Positions 1-11,883 of a stretch of 64,000 nucleotides of DNA are shown one piece after another (positions within the stretch are counted from its first letter, which is position 1; the number at the start of each line of letters is the position of its first letter). The stretch is from positions 747,775-811,774 of the forward strand of contig MU053994.1 in assembly GCA_013239625.1 (NCBI GenBank), given 5' to 3'. Position numbers and translations under genes: made by a program. The stretch is from Lama guanicoe (Eukaryota). The notes under the pieces were generated by a model. It saw only the letters and a list, made by a program, of their open reading frames with translations. It made no database searches and had not been told where the DNA came from.

Positions 1-3000
1 GGGCCGGGACAGGCCGCCTGAGCCGGGCAGAGGACTAGGGCGGCTGCACTGAGGCAGCCCTGGGGGACTGCAGGGTGCTGCATGCTGTGGCTGGGAGGGG
101 ATACGGAGCAGAACAACCTCGGTCTCCCATAAATTATGAAAAAAGCAAAGCAACACGGCTGGTGTGCCCTGGGGGGAGGGGCATCGTAGCCTTTGTCTCC
201 TCAGACCTGTGCCGCCATTACTGGCGCATCTCGTGAGAAGAGAGGCGGGGAGCAGCCACAGCCTCTATCTCCTCCTGTGCACAGCACCCGGGCGGGGATA
301 GGGGCGGGGCCGAGACCTGAATCCACACCTGGGGGCTCTGCAACCTCCTGGGCAGGACTGAGACTTGTTTACAGCCTGAGGCAGATAGGATGTTTTTGCC
401 CTAGCACCTCAGAGAACTTGTGCAGCCAAGACAAACAAGGAGCTGAGATTTGGCATGGAGCAGGGGTGGGGCCGTTCCACAGTCTTCCCCGAGCCTGCCT
501 TCGGAGCGCTGACCGGAGGCAGAGCAGGCAGCTGCACAAAGCAGCGGAGCAACTGGTGCCGGGATTGGGTGGGCAGCCACTGCCCTTCCTGGCAGGAACG
601 CAGCACCTGACCACGGTGCTGGGAGGGGGCACGATCTGCCCACCTGCCTCCCCTCAGCGCAGCATCTGACTGCAGCATTGATAAATTATGAAAAGCAAAG
701 CAACACGGCTGGTGTGCCCTGGGGGGAGGGGCATCGTAGCCTTTGTCTCCTCAGACCTGTGCCGCCATTACTGGCGCATCTCGTGAGAAGAGAGGTAGGG
801 CGTAGCCACAGCCGCCATCTCCTCCTGTGTGCAGCGCCTAGGCGGGGGCAGGGCTGACACCTGAATTCGCACCCAGGGGCTCTGCAACCTCCTAGGGAGG
901 ACTGAGGCAGATAGGATCTTTCTGCCCTGGCACCTCAGAGAACTTGCACCACCAAGACAAACAGGGAGCTGAGATTTGGCACGGAGCAGGGTCAGGGCTG
1001 TTCCATGGTCTTCCCTGAGCCCGCCTTCAGAGCACCGACCCGAGGTGGAGCGGGCAGGTGCACAGAGCAGCAGAGCGATGGGTGCCAGGAGAGGGCGGGT
1101 GGCCATCCGCCTTCCTGGCAGGCACACAGCTCCTGACCAAGGTGCTAGGAGGGGGTGTGATCCGCCCACCTGCCTCCTCCCCACCCCCGCCCCGAGCGCA
1201 GCATCTGACTGCTGCATTGGGAGGGGGAGTGACACACCCGCCCACCGGGTAAGAGCTCAGCTTCTGACCCAGTGTTAGGAGGGGGTGCAGTCTGCTAGCC
1301 GACTGCCACTGGGAGCAGCACAGACGAGGGCGCCAACAGAGGGCCTCTGGAAACAGCAAGCTGAGTTCGCGAAACAGGGCGAAGACACAAAGACCTCTTG
1401 ATAAAATCATTAAGAGCACACCGTCTCCAGGAGAACTAGATAACTGATACTCCTTAAGCCACAGTGCCAGAGAGACATGAGCAATCTGAAGAAGCAGAGG
1501 AAACACTCCCAATTAAAAGAGCAAGAGAAATCCCCTGAAAGCACGATCAAGGAAATAGACATTGATGGCCTACTAGATCAAGATTTCAAAAAAGGAGTGA
1601 TCAAAGTACTGAAGAAACTAAAAGAAATAGTGTTTAGAGATATAAAATAGGTCAAAAATGAAATAGAAGCTATAAAGAAGAACCAAGTAGAATTAGTAAA
1701 CTCATTTGCAGAGATGAGAGCTGACCTAAAGGCTGTACAAAGCAGGCTAGATAATGCAGAGGAATAAATAAGTTACTTAGAAGACAGGACAACAGAGAGC
1801 ACCCAATCAGAACAGCTGAGAGAAAAGCAAATAAATAACAATGAAAACAATATAAGGGACCTATGGGATAATATAAAGCACAATATGGGACAATCTACGC
1901 ATAATAGGGGTTCCAGAAGGGGAAGAAAGAACAAAGGGGATTGAAAAGGTCTTTGAAGAAATCATGACTGAAAAGTTCCCCAACCTAAAGAAGGAATCAG
2001 ATATCCAAGTACAGGAGGCTCAGAGGGTCCCAAACAGGAAGAACCCAAACAGACTCACACCAAGACATATCATAATCAAGATGGCCAGAGTCAAGGATAA
2101 AGAAATGATTCTAAAGGCGGCAAGAGAAAAGCAAAGAGTGAATTACAAGGGAACCCCCATAAGGCTCTCAGCTGATTTCTCTACACAAACACTACAGGCC
2201 AGAAGGGAGTGGCAAGATATATTCAAAGCCCTGAATGAAAAAAAGATGCAGCCTAGGATACTCTATCCAGCAAGGCTATCCTTTAGAATAGGAGAGATAA
2301 AGAACTTCACAGACAAGCAAAAACTAAGAGTTTAGCAACACTAAACCCATGCTAAAAGAAATATTCACAGGTCTACTCTAAATAGAAAAGAAGCAGGATG
2401 CTACAAAAATGAGAAATTCATAACTGGAAAGGAGATAACTGCCATGAATTACAAAAAGAATAAACACAAAATTGTAAAGGAAGACAACTAAATCATTAAG
2501 AGTGGGAGAGGGAAGCAAGGAAAGTCACTGTGGAAAACAGTCTGGAGATTCCTCAAAGGACTGGGAATGGACTTGCCATATGACCCAGAAGTCCCACTCC
2601 TGGGCACATATCCGGAAGGAACCCTACTTCAAGGTGACACCTGCACCCCAATGTTCATGGCAGCACTGTATGCAATGGCCAGGACATGAGGCAGCCTAGA
2701 TGTCCATCAACAGATGACTGAATAAAGAGGATGTGGTATGTTTTTGCAATGGAATACTGTTCAGCCACAAAAACCAACAACATAACACCATTTGCAGCAA
2801 CATGGATGCTCCTGGAGAATGTCATTCTAGGTGAAGTAAGCCAGAAAGAGAAAGAAGAATACCATATGAGATTGCTTACATGAGGAATCTTAAAAGAAAA
2901 AACAAAAACATAAATACAAAACAGAAACAGACTCATAGACATAGAATACAAACTTGTGCTTGCCAAGGGGGCGGGGGGTGGAAAGGGACAGACTGGGATT

Positions 3001-3352
3001 TTAAAATGCAGAATAGATAAACAAGATTATACTGTATAGCACAGGGATAAATATACAAGATCTTGTGGTAGCTCATAGTGAAAAAAAGTGACAATGAATA
3101 ATACAAACTTGTGCTTGCCAAGGGGGCGGGGGGTGGAAAGGGACAGACTGGGATTTTAAAATGCAGAATAGATAAACAAGATTATACTGTATAGCACAGG
3201 GATAAATATACAAGATCTTGTGGTAGCTCATAGTGAAAAAAAGTGACAATGAATATATATATGTTCATGTATGACTGAAAAATTGAGCTCTACACTAGAA
3301 TTTGACACAACATTGTAAAATAACTATTACTCAATAAAAAATGTAAAAAAAA
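1..3352 (+). mobile_element. Lineage-specific LINE-1 with 5' UTR, disrupted ORF1 and almost all of ORF2 deleted; antisense to RPGR in intron 8
   Basis: GC-rich repeated 5' UTR; ORF1 ~1477-2381 with premature stops (C-terminal fragment ORF 1964..2335: RLTPRHIIIKM...YPARLSF); abrupt switch near 2524 to ORF2 3'-end sequence; 3' UTR; AATAAA plus A-tail. Confidence 0.92.
1477..2381 (+). pseudogene. L1 ORF1p, inactivated
   Basis: ATG at 1477 (MSNLKKQRKHSQLKEQEK...), TAG at 1648-1650, further stop and frameshifts; RRM/CTD motifs recognisable. Confidence 0.88.
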
Positions 3353-5332
3353 TTATACAATTCTTATTTACATGTTTTTAAAACACAATTGTGCCCTAGC
3401 AAATTAATAGGCAAATTAAAAGAAGATGTATTTAATAAAATTATTTTAAAATTAAAAAAAAAGAATTTTTCAACTCTATCTTAAGAACAATAGTGAGCTA
3501 AAAAATGAAGAGTTTTAAGCTGGGAAATGACAAAATCACATTTGGGAGCTTGTAGTTTAAGACGGCAAAGTAACTATATACTAAGAAAATCCAAAAGACC
3601 TGCCTGAAAAATGGTTAGAAATAATAACATAATTTAGTAAAGTGGCAAGTTCAAAACTTAAAATACAAAAGCAAAGAGATTCATAAATAAACAATAAGCA
3701 GCATTTAGACTCTAAATTTAGACTGCTATAATTACGATTAGGTATTTATTTCCTTTCTTTATATATACACCTTATCATCTTTTTGCTTTCCTCCACCTGT
3801 TTTTGACCCTGATCTATTTATCCAAAATGTTAAAAAGGTTTTTTTTTTAAACTTGATTATCTTTGGCCAGAGGAAAAAAACTCTGATCAAGCCGCCTGAT
3901 CATACTTCCAACCTCAGAGACCTTTTTAAAACATGAGCCACTAGTCTTAATGGGGAACTAGCAAGAACTTACAGATAACTCATCATTTACCTCTCGTTAG
4001 TCCTGGAGAAAAAAAAAAATTCCTAACACCCGTCCCCTGGGGAGAATTCATGAGCAAAAATGTCAAACAAAGTTAATGTTCAATTATTTGTGCTATGACT
4101 TCTTTCATCAGGAGGAAAGGTATTATGAAAGTTTAACCAAATTACCTCATTGTATGTTAGATGATCCATAAAAAGTATTTACCACCAGTGGCAATGTGGA
4201 GTTGATGAAAATGGCAGTAAGGACAGAGAAACTGAGCTTAAAACCCTGAAGTAAGGCGTATGTATCAACAGCTCTTCTGGGGCTATGAATGAATAATAAT
4301 TCTTTACATTCTATATAGTTCCATTTCATGCTACATTAACAAGAACACTTGATACTTGAAAATGGGCAGGTAGTTCTCTCTGAAAGGTTCCTTGGGGAAG
4401 AAGGGATAGTACATGCTTGTACCTTATATTTGCTGATTCCTAGTTCCCCTAACCAGACCCCATTAGATGAGCTCCATCATAGCGGAAACTTTTGTAAAAG
4501 AAGGGAAAAAATGCAGCAATACCAGTACCCAGATCATTTTAAAATACTACATGCTTTATGACTTTTTAATATTTCATTTTTAGATAGAAACATGAGGTAG
4601 AAACAGAGAAATTATAGAGCCTTTTGATCCAAAGCAATTAAAATTGTGGAGTATATTAATTAGTGACAGGTGAGTCTGTCATTTTAAGGATACACCTTTA
4701 TTGAGTCCTACATTGGCAGCACCCAGATTCAGAAGTTGAGAAGTAGGCCCAAAGCAGCATCTCCCTGGATAAAGGAGAAACTACAGAGCAGAAGATCTAG
4801 AGGGCCCAAGAATTTACCTAATGGTTTTTGAGGTGCCTTTCTCCCTACCACTATGGAGAAAACAGGAAAGAGTTACTTCTGAAAATGCCTCCTGGTGGCA
4901 AAAGCATCATAAGAATTTACTCAGACTGACTGTAGCTATCAGACTGAATGTACACAGGGAGACTGTTTTAAAATAAGTTCTTTCTTAGAAGGCCTTTCCC
5001 TTTGGCCTGAGCAGAGTTGAGAGCCTTCAAGTTGATACAATTTCAAAAAGATTCCAGCTTTCTGCCAAAGTATAATACTATGGTCTTACCTCCGACAGCA
5101 CTGACGTATTTTGAGGCTGTAATTCTTTGGATCATTTATACTGATTTTCAATCGAATTAAAATATTAAAAAGTAGTTCACAACTTTATACACTGGCATAT
5201 TAAACAAAGAATTCCATTTTCTTAGTTATTAACTCCTTTGCTTACGTTAGATACATTCATTCCATATAGTATTTATTTTGCAATAAAATATACTGAGTTC
5301 TATAAGTATATAATAGAAATTCTGATCTGTAC

Positions 5333-5488
5333 CTGTTATCAAAGCTGTGTGATTTTCTCCACAGGAAATATGACTTATTTTCTGATCCTTAATATCATCA
5401 ATGATTCTGGGTTCTGAAGTTTCAAAAATAAAAGTGCCAAGACCCAGTTGACCAAACTGTCCCAGCCCAAAGGAGTACACGGCATTCT
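5333..5488 (-). CDS. RPGR: RPGR exon 8 (156 nt): [52 protein letters not shown]
   Basis: Overlaps ORF 5247..5480; CAG acceptor and GTACAG donor. Confidence 0.97.
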
Positions 5489-8052
5489 CTGAAAGGGAAG
5501 GGGCAAATACAAGAAAAGGATTTCAGGGGTACAGACACAGTCACCATTATATCTAGAAAGACGGTGATAGTCCACCTTATTTTATAATGAAGGTTAAGTG
5601 CCTCTGAAAGAAATACTCATATAGGAATACCTAATACTTAAGCATACATTACTCAGTGATGAAGAGAGAGAAAAATGACAAGGTACACAATCATAACAAT
5701 TGTGGTATGGGCCTGATTTTATCCTTTACATATAACCACAAAAGGAATCGTTAAAGACACAAAAGTCATTTGGTGAACTACCTAAAATGTCCCTATAATT
5801 ACCACTCAACTCATTAAAAAGTATCAATTGTCATTAAGCTAATTCCTTTCACTGCCTTAAGTAAAAAAATGAATAGTGTTTCCTACAGAAAGACTCCTTA
5901 TTTTTTAACAGTAGTTTAATGGAATAACCTATTTTATAAAGCAATTTCAGAGGAGAATTTGCATGAGAATTAAAACTTACAGTAGATATGCTAGATTTAT
6001 TTACAGGAAAAGCTCCTTTACTAGGAAATGCAGTAATAATGAAAAGAGGGGAAAAGGTTTTCCTCTATGTTAACATTTTTAAAGTGATTCCAAAGGAACT
6101 CCAATTACTTAGTAAATATTAGCTCATATACTCTTGAGAGACAGAAAAGCACATAAACAGGATAAACGAACGGTGATGAACGTGTCCTTTTAGATACAAC
6201 TCTGGCTGGCTCCCGCCTTAGGAAGCACAGTGTTCACTGCATTAGTCCGCTTCTCCACAGTGTAACACGTTGCCTCTCCTGATGTAGGAGCAAGAGCTTC
6301 GGATTCAGGCAACAGCCCAAACCTTCATCATTACTAGCTGTGGCAAGTAGACAAACTACTTAAATTCTCTGATGCTGTAATCCCTGTTTAATAAAGTTGC
6401 TGTGAGGATTAAATGAGAAAACATTCAAGAAGGTTTTAAAACACAATAGGACATTCAGTTGTAAAAGGACATTTTTCTAAAAAGTAATTATCTAATTAAT
6501 TCATCTTATTCTGACACGGAGGATATTGATGAACACATAACTATTGTCATATAGTTTTACATTTTTTCTGTCTAATAAGAATATTTACTTCATAAATAAG
6601 ACATATACATATTACTTCTTGAAGAAAATACAATGTGTCAAGGATACAAAGCCACACTGAGGCAAGGGCAAACAGATCTTTATTTTAGTGGAAAAAACAT
6701 CATCTCTTAGTTTAATTAATACTCACATAGCATATCTCCAGTTCTGAATGTTCAGCTTAGTATCTCTAGCTGGCCAACAATTACTCTAAGTTTCTTGGGC
6801 TCCCTGATATCAGCCTGTGACATTAGGCTTTTCAGGCAGCCTGAATCACATTACAAAAGTTTTGCTCCTTATCCCGTTAGGTTCCCTTTCATGTGCTTGG
6901 ATGCCTAGCAATGACAATCATTTCTACTATTTTTAAATGACCTAAGACTTTTATCTAAGGACATCACATACAAAAACCAATATAATTATTAGTCATATCA
7001 CCTTTATAACATTTGTAACAATGCAATTCAGGGCTAATAAATAATTTGGTATTAGGAAAACAGATTTTATTAGTTGGCTTCAGATAAATATTACTCTAAT
7101 TTCACAGAATACACTTCATTTCACAAATAGTTACTTGTGTAGCCCCGTAGAGATCTTAAATTTGTCTAAACATAATCTGGCAAAGTTCTTCTTTTCCTTG
7201 AGTCCAGACTTCATTGTGGACCCAATCTAATACCCAGGCCTTTCTTGTCTTTTGGTAACTGCTGTGGATGACATACAAGGTTATACCTATCACTCGGCCT
7301 CACTTAGTGCATGCCAGTCCCAGTCTAACACTTTCTTAATAGAAATCCATCGTTTCCCCTGTCGCTATAAGCAGTAGTCGCATTGTCTGACCTATCACAG
7401 TCACATCTAAATATCGTATCTTAAATATATTTACCAGCAGTAAACTAATTTAAATGATCTTTAAAGTATTTTACTAAATGATACCTAAATAGATTTTAAG
7501 ATCAGAGTTTAAGGAAAAACAAAGCTGCGAGGGCCACCATAGAATCATCTAATCAAGCTCTTTCCTTTAGTGAAAGGAATGATCTAGAACAGATGGCTAG
7601 CTATTCTTTGCTTTAAGGTCTTGCAAATTATTCTATAACTCTTAGGTGTTTAATTTAGAACTTAGTCAAACTGATGAGCAATACACTCTTCATGCCCATT
7701 TCTTCATCGGTTAGGATTAAATATTTATCATTTCTGTCTATGCTGCTCCAGAACACAGGTTTCTTACCAGGATTGGCTTTCAAAGGTCCATGGAGAAATT
7801 GGAAAAATAGGTAAAATGGTGTATTTTCCATACAGATAAATTTATACAACTTAAGGGGATGTCTTTTATTATAAAATTAAAAGCTTTTAATTTTCACTTT
7901 GAAAATGTCCCTTATTTTATATAATGGTAAAAACAGATGGCATTTTTCTTGCAATGTCCACATTTAGCTAAATGCAAAAATGGAAGTTGGCGACCATCTG
8001 TAGGTTCTCATATTCTTTTTACAAAATTAAAACTTAAAATATAAAAACTTTT

Positions 8053-8108
8053 GTTGTACACCAGAAATTGACACATTGTAAATCGACTGTGCCTCAAAAA
8101 AAAAAAAA
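8053..8108 (+). mobile_element. Very short 5'-truncated L1 3' tail
   Basis: TGTACACCAGAAATTGACAC..TTGTAAA matches the L1 terminus at 35570-35600, followed by poly(A). Confidence 0.7.
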
Positions 8109-9279
8109 GAATCTTTCTTTCTGAAAGCAAATGAATACTTTCAAAAAAAAAAAAAAACAACTTTACTGGTCTATGAGATCCCAAAGTCTGCAAAATCTAG
8201 AGAAAACAATCAATTTCTGGCAATATGGTGTTTAATTTCAAAGCAAAGTCCACAGGAAGCTGAATGTCTATAATACTGCACAAAAATATCATACTTTGGT
8301 GCATTTTAAATTTTAAGTATAATTAAAAGAATCATGAATTATCTTGGTAAAATATTTTTGAAAGTATTTTATAATGTATGGTTGAATGACACTATTATTA
8401 CATAATCAACATTTGTGTCCTTCAGAATATTCTTCAATCACCTAATAAATTAATTCTTTCTACAATCTTTGTATAAACTAGAGAAGATACATAGCACATG
8501 AAGAATAAGTTGCATTTCTGCCTATGGATGAATTTTCAGATAATTTATAAAGATTAATTTTAAAGTTTAATTCCTAGAATAAATCTTTCAGAAATTATAT
8601 GAAAATTCATTTTATCAGCAGAAGTTTAAAAAAAACTTAAACCTCAGAATTATTTCCAAATGTAGAATGGAGACCTTGAAACAAATTATTTCAAACTTTG
8701 AAAAGATTCCATCTGGAAATTGTAATTCTGGGAAACTATAGCTTTAGAAGCATAACTAGGACTAGAATAGGAAGTCAAGGAAAAGTGATGCAAGAGGAAA
8801 ACCTAAAGATAAAACATTGCTTAATTACCTTGCAACATTTAAGCATTATCATCTGAGAATTAGATTTTAAAATTTGTCTAGAACACTTCTAGCTTTGTGT
8901 TACTGAAGATTAAGTGGTGACTTCAGAAACTGTTTCTTTTCGACCAAAAAATATTACAATCATTCACTACCTAACTGCATTACCTCTTATACTACTTATC
9001 CAAGATGAGTCTAATGCTGAACAAATTTGGGAGCATCAATTTTGTAAGCTTATTATCAAGTAGTAAGTATATTTTAATGTACAATCCTGAGAAGTCATAT
9101 GTCATACCAAATACAAAATTCAGAAGCCAAAAGTGACATTACCATTAAAGTTCTAAGTTTTTTTTTATTATCTATAATTTAAAATCTCAACACTCTTTAA
9201 TTACTATAACAGTATGTAAAAATCAGAAAGAAATCACCAAGTTAGACATTGTGAATATCACACACAAAAAAGAATTATC

Positions 9280-9447
9280 GGGGGAAGGTATAGCTCAAAT
9301 GGTAGAGCGCATGCTTAGCATGCAGGAGGTCCTGGGATCAATCTCTAGCACCTCCTCTAAAAATAAACAAACAAACAAACAAACCTAATTACCTCCCTCC
9401 CCCACATAAAATAAATAAATTAAAAAAAATGAATGTGGACAAAAAAT
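9280..9447 (+). mobile_element. tRNA-Ala-derived SINE (camelid vic-1-like)
   Basis: GGGGAAGGTATAGCTCAAATGGTAGAGCGCATGCTTAGCATGC tRNA head with A-box and degenerate B-box; A-rich tail; TSD AGAATTATC at 9271-9279 and 9448-9456. Confidence 0.85.
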
Positions 9448-9769
9448 AGAATTATCAATTACAAGTAGAAAATAGCATTAACAAGAGCTTCTCCAAATGA
9501 AGGTATTTCAGAAAAAAGTGTCAATTTTAAATAAATATGGAAAACACATATATGAGGAAAACAATGTATTCTTGGAAATGAGCTAAAAATGTTATTTTTT
9601 GCCATTAAAGTGTTAAGATCATGAAAATGTCGATTATGTTAGCAAAAACAATTCAACAAGATTCATTTTTTTCTACTTAAAAAGTTTTCCCATAGGCCAG
9701 AAAAGTTTATTAACTACAGGAACAAAAGGTGGGGATCTTAATGGAAAAAAATGCAAAGGCAACTTGCAC

Positions 9770-10020
9770 GAAGTACCTAAAATAGTCAAACTCATAGAAG
9801 CAGAGACTAGAATGGTGGTTGCCAGGGACTGGGGTAGGGGGAGAGGGGAGCTGCTAATGAATGGGCATAGGATTTCAGCTATGCGAAGCTGAAATTTCTG
9901 GAGACCTGCCATACAACATCGTGCCTATAGACAACAATACTGTATTATAATACTGTAACTTAAAAATTTGTGAAGAGAGTAGATCAGATGTTAAGTGTTA
10001 TTACCACAATAAAAATAAAT
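9770..10020 (+). mobile_element. Old L1 (L1M-type) 3' end
   Basis: AAACTCATAGAAGCAGAG..AGAATGGTGGTTGCCAGGG motif ending in AATAAAAATAAA. Confidence 0.75.
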
Positions 10021-10088
10021 GAATGTAAAAAAGTTTTTCATGAGCCACCACAGAAAGTAGGGGACAGAGTGGCAGCGTCCACACATAC

Positions 10089-10247
10089 CTGTGAGAACAA
10101 CTGTGTGCCCTCCACCACAAGCGACTTGGATCACCTTCTCAGGAATTCCAGGCACCAGCTGAGGCACTTTGTGATTGACCAGCAGTTCTGGCGGAAGGCC
10201 TAACTTCCCGCATTCAGCTTCTCCAAAGGTGTACAGTTCTCCCTCCG
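10089..10247 (-). CDS. RPGR: RPGR exon 7 (159 nt): [53 protein letters not shown]
   Basis: Manual translation gives an RCC1 repeat; TAG acceptor (10248-10250) and GTATGT donor. Confidence 0.96.
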
Positions 10248-11029
10248 CTATTCAAGGAAAAGTACAGTGATCAGTGATGACATAGACATGAACGAAATAC
10301 TCATCTTTTTGGGATATGTTCTCACTTTCAATAAAACATTTAGAAAATCTCAATTTAATAAATTTGACCTTTCTGGAGATATTTTTACTGAATGGTAAGG
10401 AAATAAAGCTAGATTTTCCTTTCTCCTTGATTATTTTAATCCAAAATCTTCATGAAGATTTCATGACCATCACTACTGATAAACAACTAGAGAATTATTT
10501 TACCTGTTTCACAATACGTAAAGGTGATCTTACTTCTTCTTACTTTTAATAAAGCAAAATGAGTAGACATTAAACCCCCATGAGGACATGGATTTTGTCT
10601 TGCTCACTACGGTATTGCAAGAACCTAGCAGTGTGTCTAGTACATTAAACATTTAACGAATACTTGTTGAATAAATGAATAATTGCTTTTTATGAAACTT
10701 ATTTTAGAAAACTCATTTACGTGTGAAGTAAATATGGTGAGTAAGCCTAAAGATAGCAGATTTTACTCAATTAGTTACTTAGATGGTACTTCTCCCAGAA
10801 AGACTCTCTTATTAAGGAACTCGTGACATTTAATTACTGCCTTGTCCATACTAATACTATTGACTTGTTTCTGTAATCACACTTACCACACTGTGCTATG
10901 ACTATGAGCTTCTTGAAAGCAGGAACTTTTTTATTCATTTCTATGAACTGAACTGAGTTCTACAGAGCAGGAATTTAAAAACTTGTAAATACATGTTCTA
11001 ACCTAAAGAATGACACAGAACATATCACC

Positions 11030-11500
11030 ACTGGTGTGAGGAAAGAGGTAACACAGCACGTCTTGTTTATTATTTGCATGTCTCCAAGAGAACCACGGCT
11101 GACTGACTTTTGGTCAGTCCCTGGGAATGTGGCCCTTGGGAGTGTTCTCTGTGTTGGTGATTGATGATTTTGTTATGTACACCTGGAGAAATAAATGACG
11201 CCAGCTTAGCAAGACGCTAAGAAATGGTAGCTTTGCACAAACGTCAACACTGATGATGTACACCTGGTTTCACCGCTGAGGGCCCGGAGTTGCAGTTGCC
11301 ATGACTAGCTGCTGGCAGGATGTGCCAACAAGACCAGTCACCCACAAAAAAGCCTCAGACTCCGAGAATAATGTGAGTGTCCCTGGGCAGAGACATCACA
11401 CATACATCCCTGTAATTCACTGCCAAAGAGAAAACATGTCCTGTGTGGCCTTGGAAGAGGAAGGACTAGGAAGCACATACTGGACCTCTCTGGAGGATAC
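11030..11500. mobile_element. Degenerate LTR element (MER21-like, tentative)
   Basis: GC-richer block with CCCTGGGCAGAGACA..CACATAC..TGTGTGGCCTTGGAAGAGG..GGAAGC, similar to recalled MER21-type LTRs. Confidence 0.45.
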
Positions 11501-11733
11501 AGACCTTTATTCACTAAAAAAAGTTAACATGTCAGATAGAGTTTGAAATTATAAACACTCATTATTGAAATGAAGAAATATTGTGACCTAAAACAGACCA
11601 AAATTATATTATTACATGGATTACCATGCGAATATTTCTATAGAACTGTAGAATGTTATGGCATTTTACTACTTATTTAGTAATAAGTTAGAAATGGGAG
11701 ATAACATGATAAATCCAAACTGCTCTGTCTTAC

Positions 11734-11883
11734 TTGTTATAAAAGCTGAATGGTAATATCCACAGGAGATCCAGGAGATAGGCTTTCCAACGGTCACTTG
11801 ATGAGGGACACATACATTAGTTATATTATTTAAACCAATTTGCCCTTCAGAATTGTCACCCCACATAAAAAGCTCTCCATCCT
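11734..11883 (-). CDS. RPGR: RPGR exon 6 (150 nt): [50 protein letters not shown]
   Basis: Within ORF 11669..11962; TAG acceptor and GTAAGA donor. Confidence 0.97.

Noticed and set aside
193..1512. Several overlapping ORFs of 64-161 aa on both strands
   Set aside because: They lie in the GC-rich L1 5' UTR monomers, where stop codons are scarce; no recognisable protein.
9280..9355. Apparent tRNA-Ala gene
   Set aside because: Degenerate B-box/T-arm, A-rich tail and TSD show it is a SINE.
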